Shown piece by piece: positions 46,648-55,400 of a stretch of DNA of 64,000 nucleotides. Origin of the DNA: Candidatus Zhuqueibacterota bacterium (GTDB lineage Bacteria > Electryoneota > RPQS01); assembly GCA_003818605.1 (NCBI GenBank), contig RPQS01000020.1:1433-65432 (forward strand), read 5' to 3'. Made by a program: the position numbers and the translations under genes. Within the stretch, counting starts at the first letter, position 1. Every line of letters starts with the position of its first letter. Below the pieces are notes generated by a model. The model was not told the DNA's origin. It was given only the letters and a program-made list of their open reading frames with translations, and ran no database searches.

Positions 46648-49600
46648 ATGGAACGACTACCATCCATTGACTCTTTACTGGCAATGCAGAAGCGGCTGGC
46701 GAGTCAGCGCGATCCCAATCGCCCGACGATTGTGATTCCCGCCGGAACTTGCGGTCAGGCCAGCGGAGCCAACGACTTGATTCGCATCGCCAAACGCGAA
46801 ATTCTCGAACGCGGTCTGACGTCGCGAATCGGATTGCGGATTACCGGCTGCCACGGCTTTTGCGAAATGGAGCCGTCGGTGCTCGTCGAACCGCGCGGCA
46901 CGTTCTACCCGAAACTGAACATGGATCAGATGGCGCAAGTGGTGGAAGCGGTGGCGCGCGGCGAGGTGTTGACCGATCTTTTACTGAAAGATCCCGAAAC
47001 GGGAAAACCACTGGAAACCCAGGCGGCGATTCCTTTTTTCCGAACTCAAGTTCGGGCGATTCTTGGCCGCAACGAAAAGGTGGATCCCATCCGGGTTCAG
47101 AACTATCTCGAATACGGCGGCTATCGTTCGTTGGCCATGGTTCTCAAGAAAGGCGATCCCGCATGGGTAATCGGGGAAATGAAAACTTCCGGTCTTCGCG
47201 GGCGCGGCGGCGCCGGTTTCCTGACGGGAGCCAAGTGGGAGATGCTGGCCGCGAAAACCCATCCCAAAGGCAAATATCTGGTTTGCAATGCGGACGAGGG
47301 CGATCCCGGCGCTTATATGGATCGCAGCGTGCTCGAAGGCAATCCCCACAGCATTCTTGAAGGCATGTTGATCGGAGCCTATGCGACCGGCGCAAATAAA
47401 GGTGTGATTTACGTGCGCTCTGAATACCCGCTGGCTATCAAGCATTTATTGATCGCCTTGCGGCAGGCGCGCGAACTTGGAGTGTTAGGCGATCACATTC
47501 TCGGAACCGGATTTTCCTTTGATATTCAAATGGTCAAGGGCGCGGGCGCGTTCGTATGCGGTGAAGAGACGGCGCTTATTCGATCCATTGAAGGCAAAAT
47601 GGGAGAACCGAGACAGCGCCCGCCGTATCCGGTGCAGAGAGGCATTAACGGCTGTCCGACCGCTATTAATAACGTGGAAACCTGGGCGAACGTGCCGCTG
47701 ATTATCGAGAACGGCGGCCATATTTTCGCGAAAAGCGGAACGACCACCAGTACGGGCACGAAGATTTTCAGTTTGGTGGGTAAGATAAAAAACACCGGAC
47801 TGGCGGAAGTGCCGATGGGAATCACCGTAGAGAAGATCGTTAATGAGATCGGCGGCGGCCCGTCGGGCAAGGCGGCGATTAAAGCCGTGCAGACCGGCGG
47901 TCCCAGCGGCGGCTGTATTCCGGCTTCCAAATTCGATCTGCCGATAGACTACGACAGTTTAGCGAAGGCCGGTTCCATTATGGGATCGGGCGGTATGATC
48001 GTGATGGACGAAAACACCTGTATGGTGGATATCGCCAAATACTTCATGCACTTCTTAAAAGATGAGTCGTGCGGCAAGTGCTTCACCTGCCGCAAAGGCA
48101 CGCAGCGAATGTACGAACTTTTAGACGACATCTCCTGTGGCCGCGGGACGCTTGCTCATCTTGACCTTTTAGAGGAATTGGCGAATGTCGTTAAAGATAC
48201 CACGATGTGCGGACTGGGGCAAACGGCGGCCAATCCGGTGTTGAGTACGCTCCGCTACTTCCGCCAAGAATATCTGCGGCATGTGGTACAGCAGCGCTGC
48301 GACGCGTTCGTGTGCAAGGAATTGGTGGGAGCACCGTGTCAATCGGCGTGTCCTATCGGTACGGAAGCGTGGCGTTATATTGCGCACATTGCCCGCGGGG
48401 AATATGAGAGCGCCTACGTTGCCATTCGCGAAGCGAATCCGTTTCCTTCGGTTTGCGCGCGCGTATGCAGCCATCCCTGCGAAAGCCGCTGTAAAAGCGG
48501 GACTGTGGGCAGTCAACCCATCGCCATCCGCGCGCTCAAGCGATTTATTACCGACCGGATTGATCCGTCGGTATATCATGCGAAGCCGCAGCGGGCGGCA
48601 AGTTCCGATGCGGCGAAGATCGCAATTATCGGATCCGGCCCGGCCGGGCTTACGGCGGCGCATTATCTGTCGCTGTTAGGCTATAAATCCACCGTGTTTG
48701 AATCGGACGACCGGCCGGGCGGCATGCTGGTCAGCGGTATTCCGTCCTATCGTTTGCCGCGCAAGACGATTGAAAAAGAAATTCAAAGTCTGATTGACGG
48801 CAATGTCACGTTGAAATGCAACGCGCGTTTCGGCCGCGACGTTACCGTGGACAAGCTCTTGAAAGAGGGTTATCAGGCTATCTTTTTAGCGATGGGTGCG
48901 CACAAGAGCCGCAAGCTGAACGTAGAAGGCGAGGATATTGACGGCGTGCATCCGGCCATTCAATTCCTGAAAGCATTCAATCTCGAAGGCAAAAAGCTGG
49001 CGCGGGGACGGGTGGGAGTCATCGGCGGCGGCGATTCGGCGGTGGATGCAGCGCGCACGGCGCTTCGGCAGCCCGGTGTGGAAAGCGTCACCATTTTCTA
49101 CCGCCGTACGCGCCATGAAATGCCCGCGCTCGGCGAAGAAGTGGATGCCGCGATCAGTGAAGGAATCGGATTAGAGACGCTCACCGCGCCGGTGAAAATT
49201 CTATCCAAAGACGGAAAGTTATCCGGAATCGAATGCATTCGCAATAAACTCGGCGCAATGGATAAGCGGGGACGGCGCAATCCCGTACCCCTTCCGGGCA
49301 CCGAGCATCAGATTTCTCTGGACACATTGATTGTCACGATTGGAGACGTTCCCGATATTGATTACATGGCCGAAATGGACGTTACCATCAGCGATTGGGG
49401 AACGCTGGTGGCTGATCCTGTGACCTTAGCGACCAGTCGTCCCGGAGTATTCGCGGGCGGCGACGTGGTCACCGGGCCGAATACCGTGGTGGAAGCGATT
49501 GCCGCGGGTAAACGCGCGGCGCGCATGATTGACCGCTATCTGCAAGGTTTATCTCTGGAAGCGATGTCGGAACGACGGCGTCCGGAAGTCTATGTGGAAC

Positions 49601-49818
49601 CGGTCATGTTAAGCGAAACAGAGATGAGCAAAACGGATCGTTCGGTACCGCCGGCCATTGACGCAGAGGCGCGCCGCCGCTCCTTCGATGAGGTCGAGTT
49701 AACGCTGACCGAGGACGACGCCAAACGCGAAGCCCGGCGGTGTTTGCGCTGTGATCTGGAGTTTACTCAAGATCAGGCTCACGCAGAGAAACCCGTGGAA
49801 AGGGGGCAACTCGTATGA
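46648..49818 (+). CDS. NuoF/HydB-like FMN-NADH subunit fused to a GltD/Nfn-like FAD-NADPH module
   Basis: LRGRGGAGF, CNADEGDPGAYMDR, GAFVCGEETAL, GGPSGG, ESCGKCFTCR; then PCQSACP, CARVC.HPCE..C, GSGPAG, GGGDSA..YRR, FAGGD, RCLRC. Confidence 0.9.
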   Translation: MERLPSIDSLLAMQKRLASQRDPNRPTIVIPAGTCGQASGANDLIRIAKREILERGLTSRIGLRITGCHGFCEMEPSVLVEPRGTFYPKLNMDQMAQVVEAVARGEVLTDLLLKDPETGKPLETQAAIPFFRTQVRAILGRNEKVDPIRVQNYLEYGGYRSLAMVLKKGDPAWVIGEMKTSGLRGRGGAGFLTGAKWEMLAAKTHPKGKYLVCNADEGDPGAYMDRSVLEGNPHSILEGMLIGAYATGANKGVIYVRSEYPLAIKHLLIALRQARELGVLGDHILGTGFSFDIQMVKGAGAFVCGEETALIRSIEGKMGEPRQRPPYPVQRGINGCPTAINNVETWANVPLIIENGGHIFAKSGTTTSTGTKIFSLVGKIKNTGLAEVPMGITVEKIVNEIGGGPSGKAAIKAVQTGGPSGGCIPASKFDLPIDYDSLAKAGSIMGSGGMIVMDENTCMVDIAKYFMHFLKDESCGKCFTCRKGTQRMYELLDDISCGRGTLAHLDLLEELANVVKDTTMCGLGQTAANPVLSTLRYFRQEYLRHVVQQRCDAFVCKELVGAPCQSACPIGTEAWRYIAHIARGEYESAYVAIREANPFPSVCARVCSHPCESRCKSGTVGSQPIAIRALKRFITDRIDPSVYHAKPQRAASSDAAKIAIIGSGPAGLTAAHYLSLLGYKSTVFESDDRPGGMLVSGIPSYRLPRKTIEKEIQSLIDGNVTLKCNARFGRDVTVDKLLKEGYQAIFLAMGAHKSRKLNVEGEDIDGVHPAIQFLKAFNLEGKKLARGRVGVIGGGDSAVDAARTALRQPGVESVTIFYRRTRHEMPALGEEVDAAISEGIGLETLTAPVKILSKDGKLSGIECIRNKLGAMDKRGRRNPVPLPGTEHQISLDTLIVTIGDVPDIDYMAEMDVTISDWGTLVADPVTLATSRPGVFAGGDVVTGPNTVVEAIAAGKRAARMIDRYLQGLSLEAMSERRRPEVYVEPVMLSETEMSKTDRSVPPAIDAEARRRSFDEVELTLTEDDAKREARRCLRCDLEFTQDQAHAEKPVERGQLV

Positions 49819-50492
49819 CCACTTTGATGATCAACGGCTTGCAGGTTTCCGTTGAAAGCGGATCCACCATTCTCGAGGCGGCGCAATTCCTCGGATTTCC
49901 GATTCCCACTCTCTGTCACATGGAAGGGCTTTCTCCGTATGGGGCGTGCCGTCTCTGCGTGGTGGAAATCGGGGAAGGTCCGAAGGCGCGGCTGGTTTCG
50001 TCATGCACCTATCCCGTGGAAGAAGGGATGAAGGTGCGCACGGCGTCGAGCCGGGTGGTGCGTGCGCGCAAGATGGTTCTCGAACTGCTGTTAGCGTCGT
50101 GTCCGCAGTCAAAAGTGATTCAGGATTTGGCTTCGGCGCACGAAGTGCGAAAGCAGCGTTTCAGGCAGGAATACGAAGACTGCATTTTGTGCGGGCTGTG
50201 CGTTCGGATGTGCGAAGAACAGATGATGGCGCACGCCATCGGATTCCGCGGACGCGGGGAGACTCGGAGTATCGGAACTCCCTTCGATGTTCATTCCGAT
50301 GTGTGCCGGCTGTGCGGCGGCTGCATTTACGTTTGTCCCGCCTGCCAATTGCGCTGCACATACACCGAACCTGAAAAGGCGATTTGCGGCGGCTGCGCGA
50401 ATTTAAGCCCGCCCTGCGTGGTCAAGGATCCGTTCGACGACATGATGTGCTTCATGTCGCCGTGTGTCGCATGTGAGATTAAACGAAATTAA
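49815..50492 (+). CDS. NuoG/HydA N-terminal-like FeS subunit ([2Fe-2S] + 2x[4Fe-4S] + Cys-rich tail), no H-cluster
   Basis: IPTLC..GACRLC..SC; CILCGLCVRMC; CRLCGGCIYVCP. Confidence 0.88.
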   Translation: MTTLMINGLQVSVESGSTILEAAQFLGFPIPTLCHMEGLSPYGACRLCVVEIGEGPKARLVSSCTYPVEEGMKVRTASSRVVRARKMVLELLLASCPQSKVIQDLASAHEVRKQRFRQEYEDCILCGLCVRMCEEQMMAHAIGFRGRGETRSIGTPFDVHSDVCRLCGGCIYVCPACQLRCTYTEPEKAICGGCANLSPPCVVKDPFDDMMCFMSPCVACEIKRN

Positions 50493-50522
50493 GAAATAGA
50501 TACAGATCGGAAGGAGACCGTA

Positions 50523-52112
50523 ATGTCTATGACGCTCTCGAGGGTCAATTCCTCCGCCGCGACCCTCACCAAGAACCGGACGGAAGGTTCTGTCGTCCCG
50601 GCTTCCGGCATGTGCGTGACTTGTGTGGACGGCTGCATCGGTATGTGCGAAATCGGCAAGTCCGCTTTCCGCGGACACGAAGTCATCTATCCGCAGCCGT
50701 TCGGCGTTATCACCACGGCGGCCGAGAAGACCTACCCGGTGGACTACTCGCATTTCAACATTATGGGAACGGCCGTGGGCGCTCACGGCATTGAGGCCGA
50801 CAGTGACAAAGCCATCTTCCCGGCCGTGAATCTGGAAGTGAAATTCGGACATGAAAATGGCATAAAGTTCCGTTTGCCGTGGATTATTCCCGGCATCGGA
50901 TCTACGAACATTGCCAAGAACAACTGGGAAGGCTTGGCTATCGGTTCGGCTCTGGCGGGCACGGGTTTGACCATCGGTGAGAACGTGGTCGGCATGGATC
51001 CGCAATCCACATTCAAGAACGGTCGGGTCGTGGATACTGTTGACTTAAAACGCCGCGTCCAACTCTATACGAGTCATATGCGTGATGGCTACGGCGCGAT
51101 CATCGTGCAGGCCAACGTGGAAGACGGGCGCCTGGGCGTTCAGGAATACGCTATCGAAAAATTAGGCGCGCAGGTCGTCGAACTGAAATGGGGTCAGGGA
51201 GCCAAGGATATCGGTGGAGAAGTGAAGATTAACGACCTCAAGAAAGCGCAAATGCTTTATGAACGCGGATACATCGTGCTGCCGAATCCGACTGATCCCA
51301 ACGTGATTAAAGCTTTTGAACGCAATGCATTCAAGGAATTCGAACGGCACTCTCGCGTGGGCATGGTCACTGAGGAAAGCTTTGCCAAACGAGTCGAGGA
51401 ACTTCGCAAAGCGGGCGCACAGTATGTTTTTCTGAAAACCGGCGCCTATCGTCCGGCAGATTTAGCGCGCGCTATCGCGTTTGCCTCCAAATATAAAATT
51501 GATTTGTTGACCGTGGATGGCGCAGGCGGCGGAACGGGCATGAGTCCGTGGCGGATGATGAACGAGTGGGGTGTGCCGCCGGTGGAACTGCATTCTCTGC
51601 TTTATTCGTACGCCAAGAAATTGGCCGATAAAGGCAAGTACCTTCCGGCGCTGGCCGTAGCGGGAGGATTTACGTTTGAAGATCAAATCTTCAAAGGCTT
51701 AGCGCTCGGCGCTCCATTTGTCAAGCTGGTGGGCATGGCCCGCGGCCCCATCGCCGCGGCGATGGTCGGCAAGACGATTGGCCGGACGATTGACGAGAAT
51801 CAAGTGCCGGTTTACATCGAGCGTTTCGGCAATACGAAGAACGAAATTTTCGTGACGGCAGCGGAACTCCGGCACACGTTGGGCGACGAGGCTTTTGAAA
51901 AGCTGCCCACGGGGGCCATCGGTCTCTACACGTACTATGAGCGGTTGGCGCAAGGTCTGCGGCAGCTTATGGCCGGAAGCCGCAAGTTTGCGTTATCGCA
52001 CATTGCGCGCGAGGATCTTGCCGCGCTGACTCACGAGGCCGAGAAAATCAGCGGCATCCGCTACATTATGGACGTGGATTCCAAGGAAGTCGAGAACATC
52101 CTCAACTTCTGA
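50523..52112 (+). CDS. Stand-alone FMN-binding glutamate synthase domain protein (GltB2-like)
   Basis: IGEN, ELKWGQGAK.IGG, TVDGAGGGTG, N-terminal CVTCVDGCIGMC; no glutamine amidotransferase domain. Confidence 0.85.
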   Translation: MSMTLSRVNSSAATLTKNRTEGSVVPASGMCVTCVDGCIGMCEIGKSAFRGHEVIYPQPFGVITTAAEKTYPVDYSHFNIMGTAVGAHGIEADSDKAIFPAVNLEVKFGHENGIKFRLPWIIPGIGSTNIAKNNWEGLAIGSALAGTGLTIGENVVGMDPQSTFKNGRVVDTVDLKRRVQLYTSHMRDGYGAIIVQANVEDGRLGVQEYAIEKLGAQVVELKWGQGAKDIGGEVKINDLKKAQMLYERGYIVLPNPTDPNVIKAFERNAFKEFERHSRVGMVTEESFAKRVEELRKAGAQYVFLKTGAYRPADLARAIAFASKYKIDLLTVDGAGGGTGMSPWRMMNEWGVPPVELHSLLYSYAKKLADKGKYLPALAVAGGFTFEDQIFKGLALGAPFVKLVGMARGPIAAAMVGKTIGRTIDENQVPVYIERFGNTKNEIFVTAAELRHTLGDEAFEKLPTGAIGLYTYYERLAQGLRQLMAGSRKFALSHIAREDLAALTHEAEKISGIRYIMDVDSKEVENILNF

Positions 52113-52283
52113 CACACTGATAAATGACGCACGACCGCCACAGTCATTTTAGCGGCCGTGCGCAAAATTCGGAGGGCGGGAGCATGGCCGTCCACCTTTT
52201 GGGCTTGCCCGACAAGGTTGATACGTTCATGTTCTCGCCCCCTTTTTCTCGGCATGCCTTTCACAGCCCGGAAGGAGGACCTT

Positions 52284-54410
52284 GTGCAGCCGGAAACTCG
52301 CGTGAGTGCTGAACGCGAACAGGTCAATTGCCTGTACCGAATCTGGGAAGTCCTCAACAGACTGGATACAGATTTCGAGGAAGCTTTTACGGTAGTGGCG
52401 AAAGCCATTCCGGTGTGCGTCCGCTTTCCCGATCTGTGCCGCGTACGCGTCATCTATGCCGGTCAAACGTTCGCGGCGGAAAAAGCGGTCGAGACAAGCT
52501 GGTTTTACGGGCAAGAGATCCGGGTGCAGAATCGCGCAGCGGGGAATATTCTCGTTTATTACACGCAGGAGGTTCCACTCGTCTCCGGCGCGCTCTTTGA
52601 TGATAATGAACGGCATTTGTTCGAGATGATCGCCGTACGTCTCGGTCATTTTATCGAGCACCGCGAACTGCTGCGCAATCTGGGACATATTCCGCCGAAG
52701 AAAAAAGAATCCACGGCGCAGCGGCCCAATGATTGGCGCACCCTGATTGCGCTGCTGCGCAATACGAATCTGGATCTTGTGTTTCGGCTTTCGCATAAAA
52801 TGCTTGTTCATTTACGGCTGCGCGGTATGGCGGAAGCGGACTCCATAATGGAACGGCTGGGCGTGCACGCCGAGCGCGAAGATGACGACGACGCGACAAC
52901 GGCCATGATGCCCGTGCAGCGAAGCCGCGAGGATACGATTACGTTCAGTGAAGACGTATTCCGGCTGGCTTCCACCAGTTTGAGCGATGACGAGGTTTTT
53001 ACCTGCCTGCATCGCTGGATGCAGGAAGATAAGTGCAGCTACTTTGCCCGCACGATTTCCAATCCCGACAGCACACTGCGCGAGACGATAGATGCCATTC
53101 GTTTTCTCAGTCATTGCGCCGCGCAGGGAGTGGAGCTTTCCGACTGGCTGCTCAAGGCCGCGCATGTGCATCTGATCCAAAGATTCCTTTCCGATCAATT
53201 GGAGTTCGTGAAGATAGCTAAAGATTATATTGCAAAGGATGATTTTTATGATTTGATCCGCCGCATGGTCTATTTACAGGGAAGTCACGGGAAATTAGGA
53301 GCGAAAGGTGCGCGGCTGTTCTTGGCGTCGCATATCCTGCAGAAAAAGAGCGGCGAACATCCGGAACTGCGCAAGATCAAGACCCCCAAGAGCTGGTACA
53401 TCACCACGGACTGCCTGTTCGCTTTTTTATGCTATAATAATCTTGAAGACCTGATGGATCAAAAGTATAAAAAGCTGGATCAGGTTCGTCAGGAGTATCC
53501 GTTGGTGGCGCAGTTTTTCCGGCATGCGCAATTTCCGCCGGAAATCGTTCGCGGTCTGGCGATGGCGCTGGATGATTTCGGGGATGTGCCGCTGGTTGTG
53601 CGCGGCTCCAGTCTGTTGGAGGATCAATTGGGTGCGGAGTTCAGCGGCAAGTATGTCAGTCGCTTCATTCCGCCATACGGCAGAAAGCAAGAAAGGCTGA
53701 AAGCGGTGTTGGACGGCATTGCGGAAGTGTACGCATCCGTTTTCGCCGCCGAGCCGATTGAATTCCGTGCCGAGCGCGGTCTGATTGATTTTGAGGAGGA
53801 TGTCGGAGTTCTGATTCAAGAGGCGGTGGGGATGCGCGTTGGCCGGTACTTCCTTCCGGCTTTTTCCGGTGATGCTTACGGCGGGGCGGAAAATATTCCG
53901 GGTATCCGCGGCGAAAGCATGTTGCGGCTGGTGTTCGGTTTGGGAACGCGCATGAACGCGCGACCGGAAGACGATTCGTCCGTGCAATATACTCTGTCGC
54001 AGTCACCGCGCTTGCTGACGATTTTAAATATCGGAAAGCACGCCGGTGACACGGCCATGATGGACGTCATCAATCTGGAATCCGCGCAGATTGAATCGCT
54101 GGTCGTGAACGATTTTTTGAAATCATACGGCCGTAAGTTTGTCGGCATCGAGCAAGTGATGTCGTCCATCCGCGATGGACAGACTGTGCCTTTCTCACCG
54201 CTCGGTTTTGAATATGACAAGGATCAATGTCTTGTCACGTTCGACGGCATGGTGCGGTCCACGCCTTTGGTGCAGCAAATCCGCACTATTCTTGACGTGT
54301 TGGTAAAAGCCTTTCACACCCCCCTTGAAATTGAGTTCGCTACTAACGGCCATGATCTCTACTTGTTGGAGTGTAAAGGACCAAGGCAGGGACGCACCGC
54401 CAAATCATAA
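52284..54410 (+). CDS. GAF-like + PEP/pyruvate-binding (PPDK_N ATP-grasp) domain protein, degenerate or truncated
   Basis: GTG start after AAGGAGGA; GKLGAK, PLVVRGSSLLED, FSGKY, VFGLGTR, EIEFA..LYLLECK; no His-domain. Confidence 0.75.
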   Translation: MQPETRVSAEREQVNCLYRIWEVLNRLDTDFEEAFTVVAKAIPVCVRFPDLCRVRVIYAGQTFAAEKAVETSWFYGQEIRVQNRAAGNILVYYTQEVPLVSGALFDDNERHLFEMIAVRLGHFIEHRELLRNLGHIPPKKKESTAQRPNDWRTLIALLRNTNLDLVFRLSHKMLVHLRLRGMAEADSIMERLGVHAEREDDDDATTAMMPVQRSREDTITFSEDVFRLASTSLSDDEVFTCLHRWMQEDKCSYFARTISNPDSTLRETIDAIRFLSHCAAQGVELSDWLLKAAHVHLIQRFLSDQLEFVKIAKDYIAKDDFYDLIRRMVYLQGSHGKLGAKGARLFLASHILQKKSGEHPELRKIKTPKSWYITTDCLFAFLCYNNLEDLMDQKYKKLDQVRQEYPLVAQFFRHAQFPPEIVRGLAMALDDFGDVPLVVRGSSLLEDQLGAEFSGKYVSRFIPPYGRKQERLKAVLDGIAEVYASVFAAEPIEFRAERGLIDFEEDVGVLIQEAVGMRVGRYFLPAFSGDAYGGAENIPGIRGESMLRLVFGLGTRMNARPEDDSSVQYTLSQSPRLLTILNIGKHAGDTAMMDVINLESAQIESLVVNDFLKSYGRKFVGIEQVMSSIRDGQTVPFSPLGFEYDKDQCLVTFDGMVRSTPLVQQIRTILDVLVKAFHTPLEIEFATNGHDLYLLECKGPRQGRTAKS

Positions 54411-54450
54411 CACACTCATCAGATATTAATTCGATGTTTCTGATAAACAG

Positions 54451-54477
54451 TGGGTTGGCCATGGTCAGCCCATTTTT
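54451..54477 (+). terminator. Rho-independent terminator ending the sigma54 operon
   Basis: TGGGTTGGCC-AT-GGTCAGCCCA-TTTTT (with G:U pairs). Confidence 0.65.
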
Positions 54478-54523
54478 GCATGTTCACCTTAGCCAATCAA
54501 AGGGGACACTCCGCCGGGTTTTC

Positions 54524-54552
54524 TTGCGCTTTCAAAAATATCTTGTTAAATT
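54524..54552 (+). promoter_or_regulatory. Sigma70-type promoter with extended -10
   Basis: TTGCGC-17 bp-TAAATT with TGn. Confidence 0.45.
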
Positions 54553-54607
54553 TCTTTGACGTGTGACGGCCAAACCCGATCATTATTACCGGATTAACCG
54601 CGTTTCA

Positions 54608-55327
54608 ATGAGTTCTCAGCGGAAGTACTACGTCAAGCTCTCGGTGGTGGTCTATGCCATCTGGCTTGCGGCCTATGAAATCGTGGGTCACTATGTCAAG
54701 ACCCTGCCCACTATTGACCTGACCGGATTCATTGATCGGCAGATCCCGCTCATTCCGGAATTCGTCTGGGCTTACGCATTCTGTTACATCTATCCTTTCG
54801 TTCCGCTGTTTGTTACGGTGGACTGGCACCGTTACAATCGCGGTTTGATTGCGATGGCCATCGCGAATATCACGGCTTTCGTGGTTTACATTCTTTATCC
54901 GGTAGCGATGCCGCGCGTACCGCTGGGCGATTCCATATCCGAAAAGCTGCTGGGCTTCATATACTGGTTGGATTTCAAGCCGGCGGTCACTGAACTCCCG
55001 AGCCTGCATGTGTTCTTCGCCTGGCTGGTTTATTTGATGTCTCGCAAACAGCGTTTGAACCAATTCGGCGACGCCGTTCTTTTTAGCATTGCGGCGGCGA
55101 TTACCGTTTCCACCTTATTTGTCAAGCAGCATTTTGTTCTGGATGTTGTTGCCGGTCTGATTTGGGCGACGGGTTCATGGCTGCTTGCCGGACTGCTGTA
55201 CTCCCGGTTAGCTGATCCCGCATTGGAACCGGCGGTGGCGCTCCGCCAAGTCATGGCGCGGCTTTCGCCCTCTACCTTATTCTCTGGTTTAATGCTGGCG
55301 ATTCGCCGGCGCAGCCGCAGTAATTGA
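54608..55327 (+). CDS. PAP2-superfamily membrane phosphoesterase (Aur1/Ipt1-like)
   Basis: Multiple TMs; LPSLHV and STLFVKQHFVLDV motifs. Confidence 0.8.
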   Translation: MSSQRKYYVKLSVVVYAIWLAAYEIVGHYVKTLPTIDLTGFIDRQIPLIPEFVWAYAFCYIYPFVPLFVTVDWHRYNRGLIAMAIANITAFVVYILYPVAMPRVPLGDSISEKLLGFIYWLDFKPAVTELPSLHVFFAWLVYLMSRKQRLNQFGDAVLFSIAAAITVSTLFVKQHFVLDVVAGLIWATGSWLLAGLLYSRLADPALEPAVALRQVMARLSPSTLFSGLMLAIRRRSRSN

Positions 55328-55400
55328 CGGCTGCACCTTTCGTGTCCTCCGATTCCGAAATTACAATCCATCTCCATAGTTCACCCACGCAGGAAGAAAG

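Noticed and set aside
45737-50492. Annotation as [FeFe]-hydrogenase or respiratory complex I
   Set aside because: No H-cluster motifs and no NuoA-D/H-N subunits in the operon
52284-54410. Annotation as PEP synthase or PPDK
   Set aside because: Lacks the phospho-His and C-terminal catalytic domains
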